Part shown: positions 37,752 to 47,693 of the stretch, in pieces
Layout of the letters: every line of letters begins with the position of its first letter
Numbering within the stretch: the first letter of the stretch is position 1
Source of the DNA: Veleropilina oligotropha
Taxonomy: Eukaryota
Assembly (NCBI GenBank): GCA_048128005.1
Contig: JBEUKZ010000077.1
Span: 62,001 to 126,000, forward strand
Direction: 5' to 3'
DNA: 64,000 bases
Notes under the pieces: generated by a model
What the model was told of the DNA's origin: nothing
Seen by the model: only the letters and a program-made list of their open reading frames with translations
Database searches by the model: none
Translations under genes and position numbers: made by a program

Positions 37752-39825
37752 GGCTGCCGGCATTCGCGACGGTCCCAGCTGCCAGCTTCCGCCGGTGGGA
37801 GCGTGTCTGTTAGCGTACAGCCAGTCGTGGCTAGAGCTAACAGACAGCAGCTGGGTCCATTTAGTCGTGCGTGCCGGATACAAGTTGGCATTCAACCGGC
37901 ATCCGACCTTAACCGAGGCACCACCACCAAGACACGCTCGCCTCCTAAATGGAGAGAAACAAGCGGTCTTAGACCAGGCAGTGCGGGATTTGCTCCTCAA
38001 AGGAGCGATATATCCCGCGCCGCCCAGCACACCAGGATTTTACAGCCATTTCTTCCTGGTCCCGAAACCCGATGGCCGCTGGCGACCGATCCTCGATCTC
38101 TCGTATCTCAACCGATATCTTCGTACCGAGAAATTCCAGCAAGAAACCCTCTCGAAGATTCGAGCGGCCATCCGTCCGCGCGACTGGGCAGCGTCTATCG
38201 ATCTGACCGACGCGTATCTGCATGTCCCGATGCATATCACGGCTCATCAGTACCTTCGGTTTATACACGGGGAGACGATCTACCAATTCAGGTGCCTACC
38301 GTTCGGTCTATCGTCAGCCCCTTACGTCTTCACGAGAACAGTACAGGCCCTTGGGGCCTTCCTACACTCTCTAGGGCACAGGGTACATATGTACCTCGAC
38401 GACTGGCTGATCCTCGGGGCGTCCCGAGATCTGTGCCTCCGGTCTACGAGTTTTACCCTGTCATCGACGAAGCGCCTGGGATTTCAGATCAACGAGACAA
38501 AATCCTGCTTCGTGCCCTCGACGACGTTTACGTTCCTCCGAGTCGACTTCGATACGGTCCGGTACACCGCGAAGCCGACCCAGAAACGTATGCGGAACCT
38601 ACGCGCGGTTATCCAAGACACCCTGTCATCGGACATAACTACGGCGCGACAACTGGCCACTATCCTGGGGCACATCGAGTCGGTAGCGACCCTGCTACCG
38701 ACGGGTCGCATGGACAAACGACCGTTACAACAGGCGTTCAGGGATCGCTGGATACAACGGACGGGGCAGTGGACGAATCGCATCGATCTACGGCATTGGT
38801 TTACCAGCACAACAGCGGTGTGGTTGAACCCTGCTTTGCCGGACCAGTCGGTTCCTATATCCCCGCCAGAGCCGAACGCTTACCTGTTCACAGACGCTTC
38901 GAACGACGGCTGGGGTGGTCACCTCGACAGTTACGAGACATCAGGCCTATGGCCGACGGACCTTCAGGGACGACACATCAAGTTCCTAGAGTTAGAAGCC
39001 GTCTACCTGTCAGTACGGTCCCTCTCGTCACATCTCCGCAACAAGCACATAATGCTCGCCACAGACAACACGACTGTCGTCGCTTACATCCAGCACCAGG
39101 GCGGCACTCGCTCGCGTCCCCTTTGCGACCGAGCAATAGACCTACACCGCCTAGTGATGTCCCTCAACTCGACGATTCGAGCCCGACACATCCCGGGAAA
39201 GCTGAATGTCAGAGCGGATTCGCTCTCTCGGAAATCACAGATAATACACACAGAGTGGACGCTACACAGCCGAGTAGCTCGGGACGTTTGCCGCCGGTGG
39301 TCGCAACCCCAAGTCGATCTGTTTGCAACAGAATTCAATTACCGACTACCTCTGTATGTCTCCCCGTACCCGGACCCGGCCGCCCTAGCGGTCGACGCAC
39401 TGTCAATGACATGGGAGAATCTGTCCGCGTATGCCTTCCCCCCGTCGTGCATTCTGACACTGGTATTACAGAAGGCATCGAACGAACGTTGCGAGATAAC
39501 GCTAATCGCGCCCCTGTATCGCACGCAACCTTGGTTTCCGACCCTCCTCGATCTGATCGTCGATCGACCGTTAGCGCTCCCGCAGAGACCGGACCTGTTA
39601 ATGCAGCCGCGCACCCGTGTACTACATCCATCGCCGAACGACTTACGTTTACACGCCTGGTGGTTATCGAACGATCCCTTGCTAAGAAAGGATTTTCTCA
39701 CGCAACAGCCCTACGCATTTACCGATCGAGAAGGCTTTCCACGACAAAAGTTTATGACTACCGATGGGTCAAGTACGTGGATTGGTGTCACAGCCGGCAG
39801 GTCAATATTCTCCGTCCCCCTGTGA
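37543..39825 (+). CDS. DIRS copy B RT - RNase H - methyltransferase-like ORF2 (+1 frame relative to gag)
   Basis: WRPILDL, DLTDAY, YLDD, FTDAS, VDLFAT, YAFPP motifs in one open frame; no ATG upstream of the RT core. Confidence 0.93.
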   Translation: MPSRRRYCTPFGVHLPTRGSAQGPPGPRSLLSVRSPLRVVGLRPINPLRRGKHLQRNPVSRAGEGSLGPRAAGIRDGPSCQLPPVGACLLAYSQSWLELTDSSWVHLVVRAGYKLAFNRHPTLTEAPPPRHARLLNGEKQAVLDQAVRDLLLKGAIYPAPPSTPGFYSHFFLVPKPDGRWRPILDLSYLNRYLRTEKFQQETLSKIRAAIRPRDWAASIDLTDAYLHVPMHITAHQYLRFIHGETIYQFRCLPFGLSSAPYVFTRTVQALGAFLHSLGHRVHMYLDDWLILGASRDLCLRSTSFTLSSTKRLGFQINETKSCFVPSTTFTFLRVDFDTVRYTAKPTQKRMRNLRAVIQDTLSSDITTARQLATILGHIESVATLLPTGRMDKRPLQQAFRDRWIQRTGQWTNRIDLRHWFTSTTAVWLNPALPDQSVPISPPEPNAYLFTDASNDGWGGHLDSYETSGLWPTDLQGRHIKFLELEAVYLSVRSLSSHLRNKHIMLATDNTTVVAYIQHQGGTRSRPLCDRAIDLHRLVMSLNSTIRARHIPGKLNVRADSLSRKSQIIHTEWTLHSRVARDVCRRWSQPQVDLFATEFNYRLPLYVSPYPDPAALAVDALSMTWENLSAYAFPPSCILTLVLQKASNERCEITLIAPLYRTQPWFPTLLDLIVDRPLALPQRPDLLMQPRTRVLHPSPNDLRLHAWWLSNDPLLRKDFLTQQPYAFTDREGFPRQKFMTTDGSSTWIGVTAGRSIFSVPL

Positions 39826-40694
39826 ACAAGTTTATCGAGTTTTTATCGTCGCTCTTTGACCGCGGTATGTCAGTGTCCGCCGTTAAAGGCTATCGGGCAA
39901 CGATCGCGACCACGTTAAAACAGTGTCGTGCCCATGTTGGCCTATCTAGCGACCGAACGATATCGGATTTTATACGATCCTACGAACTCGAGATGCCGAC
40001 CCGAACCATACGGCCACCTGCCTGGAATATCGTTCTAATTCTTAACGCTCTACACTTACCCCCGTACGAGCCGATGTCCACGGTGTCTATGAGGAACTTG
40101 ACGCACAAAACGGTTTTTCTGATCGCCTTAGCGTCGGGCAGGCGTTGTTCTGAGATTCATAGCTTATCCGCCGAGCTACGAGATATTCGATTCCAGTCAG
40201 ACGGGTCGGTGATGCTGCGTCCTATTCTGGGCTTTCTCGCCAAGAACCAACGGCCGAACGAGGACGCACCTGATATTATTATCCCTAAGCTTACGCTGGT
40301 CGGAAGGCATGATGAGGACCGGTTAAATTGCCCCGTGCGGGCCCTGCGCTTCTACCTCGACAGGACCCGTGATCTGCGGCAGGGAAAATTACGTTTATTC
40401 ATTTCGTATTTACCTTCCTTCACCCACGACATTACAAAGACGACTGTTTTGCGGTGGATTTCACAGGTGGTGAGAGATGTATACTCTCGCTGTGAAGAAG
40501 TAGACCGCACTATTTTATCTGTGCGCGCGCACGAGGTCCGTGCAATTGCGGCTTCCATTGCCTTCCGACATAATTTAAATATCACAGCGTTGCTTCAAGC
40601 AGGTTACTGGAAGAATGCTAATGTTATGAGGCGATTCAATGTCTGTTCATTTCTTAAAAACATTTTAAGATTTTGTACTTCATGTCATACCTGA
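37752..40694 (+). CDS. DIRS copy B ORF3: long region overlapping RT, then tyrosine recombinase lacking its C-terminal catalytic Tyr
   Basis: SGRRCSEI, AKNQ, HEVR, AGYW present; similarity to copy A stops at KNAN (~40622), FVRFYLRD segment absent. Confidence 0.85.
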   Translation, partial: GCRHSRRSQLPASAGGSVSVSVQPVVARANRQQLGPFSRACRIQVGIQPASDLNRGTTTKTRSPPKWRETSGLRPGSAGFAPQRSDISRAAQHTRILQPFLPGPETRWPLATDPRSLVSQPISSYREIPARNPLEDSSGHPSARLGSVYRSDRRVSACPDAYHGSSVPSVYTRGDDLPIQVPTVRSIVSPLRLHENSTGPWGLPTLSRAQGTYVPRRLADPRGVPRSVPPVYEFYPVIDEAPGISDQRDKILLRALDDVYVPPSRLRYGPVHREADPETYAEPTRGYPRHPVIGHNYGATTGHYPGAHRVGSDPATDGSHGQTTVTTGVQGSLDTTDGAVDESHRSTALVYQHNSGVVEPCFAGPVGSYIPARAERLPVHRRFERRLGWSPRQLRDIRPMADGPSGTTHQVPRVRSRLPVSTVPLVTSPQQAHNARHRQHDCRRLHPAPGRHSLASPLRPSNRPTPPSDVPQLDDSSPTHPGKAECQSGFALSEITDNTHRVDATQPSSSGRLPPVVATPSRSVCNRIQLPTTSVCLPVPGPGRPSGRRTVNDMGESVRVCLPPVVHSDTGITEGIERTLRDNANRAPVSHATLVSDPPRSDRRSTVSAPAETGPVNAAAHPCTTSIAERLTFTRLVVIERSLAKKGFSHATALRIYRSRRLSTTKVYDYRWVKYVDWCHSRQVNILRPPVNKFIEFLSSLFDRGMSVSAVKGYRATIATTLKQCRAHVGLSSDRTISDFIRSYELEMPTRTIRPPAWNIVLILNALHLPPYEPMSTVSMRNLTHKTVFLIALASGRRCSEIHSLSAELRDIRFQSDGSVMLRPILGFLAKNQRPNEDAPDIIIPKLTLVGRHDEDRLNCPVRALRFYLDRTRDLRQGKLRLFISYLPSFTHDITKTTVLRWISQVVRDVYSRCEEVDRTILSVRAHEVRAIAASIAFRHNLNITALLQAGYWKNANVMRRFNVCSFLKNILRFCTSCHT

Positions 40695-41335
40695 GTATAT
40701 TGACAAGCCAGATCACATTGAATTAATAAACAATTATATTGCGTAAATCTTATAGGATTTTGAGGTTCAATATTATTGATGTTCTATGCTGTTATCGAAC
40801 ATACGATGTTCAAGACATTGAAAAATTTTTTTTTAATATTTGCTTCCTTAAAATTTATTTTAAGTAACATGTCTGACATGTTAGCATTTCGCAAGTTGGT
40901 CATGCGAGTCAGTTATTAATATCGATTATTTATTTAATCTATTAATTCTTTGCTTTTGATTTCACGCTTTCACAACCTATTAGGTTCCGTGTGCTTACAA
41001 ATCCGACTGCATCCTCTGGCTACCGGCCTTTGGCCCGGAGTACCATTTGGCTGCCACTGGCCCATGACACGTAAGACCTACAAGGATGCATCCTTCCGGC
41101 CGTGCCTGGGGCTGATTGCACTTCCGTTCACCTCGTCCGACTAACACCACGGCGTATTCTCCCGGTAACACTGGTCGAAATTCTCGCTTGGTAAGAGTTG
41201 AATATAATTCTCAGTAAATTCCACTCTGGGCGGACACAATCGATGCTTCGAGCTGATTGAAATGGTGAAAAGTAAGTCATTATCTTGTTTGGGTTTGCTG
41301 TAAGGAACTTCTTACCCACCTATCCAAGGTTATTC

Positions 41336-41425
41336 TGGCAAGAGTAAGGACGTAAGTAGTTTGTAACTATATATGAGGTTTTTAATTAAACCTAATATTA
41401 GTTAAAACATACTTACGTCCTTACT
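41336..41425. other. DIRS copy B internal complementary region (ICR)
   Basis: Reverse complement of left terminus (34505-34543) joined to reverse complement of right terminus (to 41721). Confidence 0.94.
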
Positions 41426-41484
41426 ACGATTACCCACCCTGCGTTTCGCATTCCTCCCCTCTACTAAGTTCCTTTGGGGTTCTG

Positions 41485-41684
41485 AACTTTGAATTGAGGT
41501 CTTGTGATCTCGAGCTCGGATATCTCGCGAGACTTGGCGAGATCTCGCCGGGGGAACTTAGAGAGCGGGAGCAGGGGAGGTAATCGTAGTACGTTTTGAC
41601 TTAATAAGTGCCTAAATGTGACTTTATTCACTGTTTCCGGTTGGCGATAATATGACTATTATGGCAAGAGTAAGGACGTAAGTA
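41485..41684. repeat. DIRS copy B right ITR
   Basis: Reverse complement of 34521-34720. Confidence 0.95.
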
Positions 41685-41965
41685 TGTTTTAACTAATATT
41701 AGGTTTAATTAAAAACCTCATTTTGTTATTGTCATCATTAAATGAGGACTTTTATTGTGATATTACAATTTTCATTTCAATTGGTATCTAAAAACTAGGA
41801 TAGAAAATAATAACAATCATACTGTTCTGGTAGCGTTATAATTCAAGACTATCAGTCACCTTCATAATCATGTTATCATGAATGATTTTACTTGTGTCCT
41901 CTGTATCACACTCACTGTATGCAGCTACAATAACATATGCTCATTTCTTCCTTCGTTTCACACAG

Positions 41966-42030
41966 ATAAATCATTGCCAGCCAACATGGTATGTGGAGTG
42001 TATGATGTCAAGGCTCCAGGATCGAGATGA
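41966..42030 (+). CDS. ETHE1: ETHE1 exon 7, last coding exon (DKSLPANMVCGVYDVKAPGSR*)
   Basis: ttcacacag acceptor, PANMxCG motif, TGA at 42028-42030. Confidence 0.95.
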
Positions 42031-42152
42031 AGAAGCCGTCTGCATTATGTGATAAATGTTTTATTTTACGCTTTTATGATATATTGCTATAGTATTTGTG
42101 TCTCATTTACGACTAAAGACAAGACTGAAAAATTGCTAAACTGTGATTGTAA

Positions 42153-42158
42153 AATAAA
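42153..42158 (+). terminator. Candidate ETHE1 polyadenylation signal AATAAA
   Basis: First canonical hexamer ~120 nt after the stop codon. Confidence 0.5.
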
Positions 42159-43699
42159 ACTGATTAAAATGAAATCAACTCATCCGTGAGTATGTGAATA
42201 TTTGATGGCCACTGTATAACATGACCAAATTTCCTTTTCTTGGTGTCGAGCGACTATCTTCATGCGCTCATCTCATGCTCAACCTTTATATGTCGAATGC
42301 CCAGTATTTTTCCTGCAAAAGATAAAGATGCTGATTCCGCTTTGTTATGTAATTTACATTCAAAATAAAACTACAAATGGGATATAATACTGTTGCATGT
42401 ATTTATCACCTACCCATTTGATGATTCGCAAGTTAGAATGCAGCATAATATAATATAATAGCTTGATTCTGTCTGCTTCAGTCATAGACATAATTTCAGT
42501 TGCATCTGAAGCCATTGTATATAATGGGACGTTCCACCCCAATGGGAATTCGCATCGTGAGCATTTGCACCGATGTGAATAAAAGGCGTACATGTAAACC
42601 TTTTATTAAACATCGACGTTTTAAACATTTAGTATCATATCTTATATTTTATTTCTGGACATGACAATCTCTAAACCAGCATAACTTTATGCAAACAATA
42701 CATACAAAAGGAGTAAGATTAATTGGCGCTAAAACCCAGTTTACGTGACTGAAGTGGAATCAGAATCTTTAAGCACCACATGCAGCGGGCATACACTTTT
42801 GAATTGACTTGTTTTTCATGTATACGGTATTGCCTGAATGCATAGGATTTTATATAAGAAAAATAAGTTTGACTTAAAAAATAAAGAAGTACAGGTCATT
42901 TATTAAGGCTTATTGAAAATGACATAGAGTGACCATTTTATAAAGAACTTATAACTAGTGCTCCACAGCTGAGTCGCTATCAGATCTGTAATGGTCAATC
43001 AACTTCTCAACATGATATTCGGTTAAGTCACTTGTCACTATCGTGTGTATCCACCCCGTGCATGAATTGTACCCTGAACGTGCATCCTCAGACTGAATAC
43101 AAATCTCTGGATCCTCAATTGTATGAATTGCCATTTCCCATGATATGCCCGAGTCATTTCTTGAGCATCGTGTGCAGGAGGATCTCTCTCCCTCGCCCTG
43201 CATCGTCTTTCGAAAGGAGACGTTAAACCGAGGTTTCGACTATATACATGTATGTTGTGGTATCTGTCTGTATAATTGTGCATTTTTTATTAGTTTAATA
43301 TGAAAACATTCATTGAAAACTTATTCTTAATATGTAAATATATTTTTGTCTAAAAAATTAATGATCAGTTTTATCAGAAGCTAATCTAATGTAAGTAGAC
43401 TGATATGATTTGTTATTTACTGTTGAACAAATAACAAATAACAATGTTTGTAAAAAATTAAATTGTATTATTTTGATCTGTAATTGTGAATAACAATTAA
43501 TATTAATGTAGCAAATGTCTTAGTAAACTGAACTTCAAGATTTAATAAAGAGCATGATGCAGGTAGAAAATAATCCCCCCCCCCCCCCCCCGAACGACAA
43601 CCGTTTTTGACAACAACGAAAAACTTTATAAACTTATTCTAATATACTCGTGCATAGTGGTGAAATGTTTCATAAATGTTGGTAACATGATCAAAATGT

Positions 43700-44860
43700 A
43701 GGAGATTCCTGGCAATGCCCAAGTACAGTCAATGATCAACCATATGGCCCCACTACGATGCAAATATGTTGCCTCCAAATCAGAAATGGGTTCCTCACCT
43801 GCTGCTGCCTTATACATGCAAAACCCTGGTTTTTAGTCGGTGTGGAACTACAACAGAGTTAGATGCGTATACATGTACCACATTCAGATCTTTATTCAAT
43901 CGAGACCAATTCTCAGTGTTTTGGATTGCTCAAGTCAACAAAACCACTCGTTCTGCATGTCATGCTGCTTTCTTTGCAGATTACTGCCTGTTTGATGAAA
44001 GATTTTGAGTGGGTGGAAAGGATATGCCCAGTGTGTCTGATGTACAGACCACTTAGTTCCTGGTTGTTCTCTGCAAACCAATCACTGTTGGACTTCTTGG
44101 AGAAGCCGAGAACTTCATCTGAAGATTGCAGGATGGACGCTTTGATGCGATCTCATTGTGCTTCTGAAGATGAGTTTTCTAGACGGTTAGAGTCTTGGAG
44201 TTTAGATTAAAGGCTTTGCTGAAATTTCCCCCCAGAGTCATTCGTTTTGGAGGTGAGATACACAGAAATTCCTGTTGGAGCTCCTTCTTTCTTTTGCTTC
44301 GGGTTGGAAGCTGTAGTGGAAGTTAAATTTGCAGCAGACAAGAAAATGGTCTATGTGGCACTCTCCGCTGTGCATCACTCTGATGTAGTGGGCATCCTTA
44401 GAGTCTCTCTGGTGCACTAGGATGTGGTGCCAGTGTTTCGAACATGGGTGCATCCAGGATGTTTTGTGGCTGTTTTTTCTGCTGGAAGAGAGTGTTTGTG
44501 GTACAGAGCTCTTGGTATGCGAAGAGTTCAAATAGTAGTTGCCTTTTGTCTTTGCAATTCTTAATCATTGGTTCGACCACTTCAGCGAAAATCGTACAGT
44601 TCAAGAGACCACCCTCAACCGGATAGCGCAAAGTCCAGTCAAGACCGAACTGGATGATCCCCCAACACGGTGTCGCACATAAGTTAAATAGGGAAAAGAG
44701 GAAAATATACAAGCATCGATGGCATCCTGGAAATAACGGCGGTGTTGCACTGTACTGCAAACTCCACGAGCTTCTTGTCCTCTGCTGGAAACAGGTTAAA
44801 CTGTCACAAGACTACAAGACGCAGTCCTCATCACCCTCGATAAAAACACAGGAGAAAAAT
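43700..44860. mobile_element. Degraded RTE-type LINE fragments (minus strand ~43700-44560, plus strand ~44700-44860)
   Basis: ELCTTNTLF / HKTSWMHPCSKHWH / DHFLV (endonuclease end), DWFAEN, and LHELLVLCWKQ..L.QDYK motifs with many frameshifts; boundaries approximate. Confidence 0.7.
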
Positions 44861-45763
44861 CATACTGCTCGAAAGCAGGAAAGATTTTTTAACCACAATG
44901 CAAAATGAATTCATGCACCAACATGTCGATTTCCCGACTAGAGGCAATAATGTATTAGACTTGGTGTTTTCCAGTGAGGTAAATATGGTAAAAAACATTA
45001 GCAGAATTTGGAAACTTGGAAGTAGTGATCATGATTTAATTGAATTTCTACTACACACAAAAACAATTGTGAAAACTAGCAAACAAGAAATACCAGATTT
45101 TCGAAAAGTAGATTTTGACAAAATTAAAGCAGATCTCCAAAATATAAACTGGAAGGGAACTGAAAACTTAAATGCCAAAGAATGTTGGGAAGTTTTTCAA
45201 AAAAACATCGAAGAAATGTTCCATTAAAGTGTAGACGCAAAAAAATTCACCACCATGGTTGTTAACCAGGAAAGCTTTTGAAGAAAAGCTAGCAGAAAAC
45301 CCCAAATCTGTTTATGCTTATATTAGGTCAAAACAAAAGATGTCGTAGGTCCCCTGAAAATGGAAACGTTATATCCGATGATGCACAAATTTCAGAATCC
45401 CTAAACAAATATTTTGCATCTGTTTATACCACCAGTAAACATATTTATGAAGATCATGAAATTTTTTGTGAAAGTATTGAAATTACTATGGAAATGGTTG
45501 AAAAAAGATAAGCTTACTAAATGTCAGTCAAGCTCCAGGTCCTGACAACATATATCCCAAATTGCTAAAATACGGTAAGGATGAATTAGCCCTGATATTC
45601 AATAAAACTACAAGAAGGCAGCTTGCCTGATGACTGGAAATATTTAAAAAAGGGTAGTCTATCAAATAACCGACGTATTAGTCGGACATCAATAGTAGGC
45701 AAAATAATGGAATCTATCTTAAAGGATGCTATTTTAAAACACATAAATAAATTTGGCCTTCTG

Positions 45764-47452
45764 GGCCGGTATTCATAAAAAATCTTATTTTAGGACGCCC
45801 TAAGTCTATGTGACATGACTAACTATGTGTATCACCTACGTTGGGATTCATAAACGACCTTGAGCAACACACATAACTAAGCGTATTGAATAACTTAAGT
45901 GTGTTGCGTAAACCTTCCGCAAATTCGTTGCTATGCAAGAAGAGCGTCGAACAACCACTTTGTTCTATTGTTGCAGATAGTAATTGCCTTTCCCTGAATA
46001 TAACAGAGACGTGGGTATGCCTATCCTGCTCAATGCCTGACCACTTAGCCAGAATGTTAATAAATTTGAATATTGTATTCTTCACATACTGTCCTATCGG
46101 ATCAGAGGGGCTCCAGGAGGTCCGGATCCCCTAACCCTAATTAACCCTGTGAAAGAAACGAATAGTTTACTTAGGCCTATACATTTTGGTAAAAATGGTT
46201 CATAATTGATGATGAGAAATATCGCGATTGCATTGCCAGAATGCAGGAGAGGTGGTTTCACACCGTCAATTGTCAAAATTTTCTGGGTACAAATTGGTCC
46301 GGGCCCATCCTTTTGAAAATCAGAAACGCATATGTTTGATTGTCAAAAAACCCGTAAAATTTACACATACAATTTAGCGACGAAAATGTTGATAGGAAAT
46401 AGAGCGTTTGCACTGTCAGAATGCAGGAGAGGGAGTTTCACCCCATTAATTGGCAAAATTTTATGGGGGGTCTAGGTGGTCCGGACCTCATATGAAAATC
46501 AGAAATGCATGATTGATTGCAAAAACACGAAAAATTGACTCATACAATTTAGTGAAGTTGGTTCGCAAATGTTGGTAAGAAATATCACGTTTGCACTAAC
46601 AATGCAATGTGAAAAGTTTCTTCGGCGCGGGGCCACGCCCCCACGTGGACAGTTGATAGTATATTTGGTCAAAGTTGGACCCCCTCCTTTTCAAAATCCG
46701 GGATCCGCCCTTGGCCAGGGCAATGATAAAATATTAGTCCTGTAAATATATCGCTATTCATGTTGCGTCGATCCATTTGTGAGTTTCATAAATCGCTTTC
46801 ATTAACCCAAGAAAATATGGAATTTCATAAACGCATCTAATACAGTCTGTGGATAACATTTTTCATCGATGGAAACTCTACAACACTCTCCATCGACATA
46901 AGTAGGCATAGGTGTCATAATTTATCTGTGTAATAATTCGATACATACTTGACTGAGATATTATATGGTATGTACGGTATCAGCTGCAATTTGTTGAAAT
47001 TATATTAGGTCCTACCATTGCAACTGGGAAGTGCATGGCTTCTTAATGTATTTTGATTCCAATTCATTGTTAATGTCATCAATATGATCAAATATATGTC
47101 GCTCCAAACGGCCGGGTAGCTTTGATATAATTCAAGTATCAGAAAGTTGGTGAAGTCCATCAAGGAAAACACTTTCCAGATATATTCCACGCTTTCGATG
47201 CATCTCCATTCGAGCAGCAAACACCAATACGGCCATATCTTTCGATTTTATCCAGAGAAATTATTAAAATATGAACAGAATAACCAAACCACTTAGAGTT
47301 ATGCCAGCCTCGAAGGTGTCCTAAATCTAGGACGAGACATAGGTGTATTGCCTGAGATAGGTAGAATATTGAATCACACTTGTTCGTAGCACCTATCTTA
47401 GGAGTGCATTTAGGCAATTTTTCAGACTTAAGTATCTTTATGAATACCGGCC
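45764..47452. mobile_element. Non-autonomous PIF/Harbinger-like DNA element inserted in the CR1
   Basis: TIR GGCCGGTATTCATAAA ... TTTATGAATACCGGCC flanked by CTG / CAG; removal restores GLLNLSQHGF; possible MADF-like remnant (ILELYQSYPAVW) near 47100-47160 on minus. Confidence 0.72.
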
Positions 47453-47693
47453 CAGAACCTTAGTCAGCATGGGTTTTTAGAGAAAAGATCTTGTTTAACA
47501 AACTTCCTGAATTTTTTTGAAGATGTAACACGTGCAATTGACACGGGAAAACCAGTTGATATTATATATCTTGATTTTCAGAAAGCATTCGATAAAGTAG
47601 CACATAGACGACTATTACAAAAATTAAGTAACCATGGCATTAAAGACCCAATACTAAATTGGATATGTAAGTGGCTAGAAAATAGAAAACAGA

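Larger units (their letters stand above)
34505..41721 (+). mobile_element. DIRS1-like retrotransposon, copy B, in the last ETHE1 intron
   Basis: 200-bp ITRs, ICR, three long ORFs; termini defined by ICR junction with a shared AT dinucleotide, no TSD. Confidence 0.96.

Noticed and set aside
39300..39700. Methyltransferase-like domain as a bacterial restriction-modification or horizontally acquired gene
   Set aside because: It is the known MT domain at the end of DIRS1 ORF2.
35700..39701. Many short antisense ORFs within DIRS coding regions
   Set aside because: Expected shadows in GC-rich coding sequence; no recognisable motifs.
42955..43283. Short minus-strand ORFs as a host exon
   Set aside because: No recognisable domain; fragments such as LLHTMLKK*LGHIMG look like a decayed RTE LINE 3' end, too weak to annotate.
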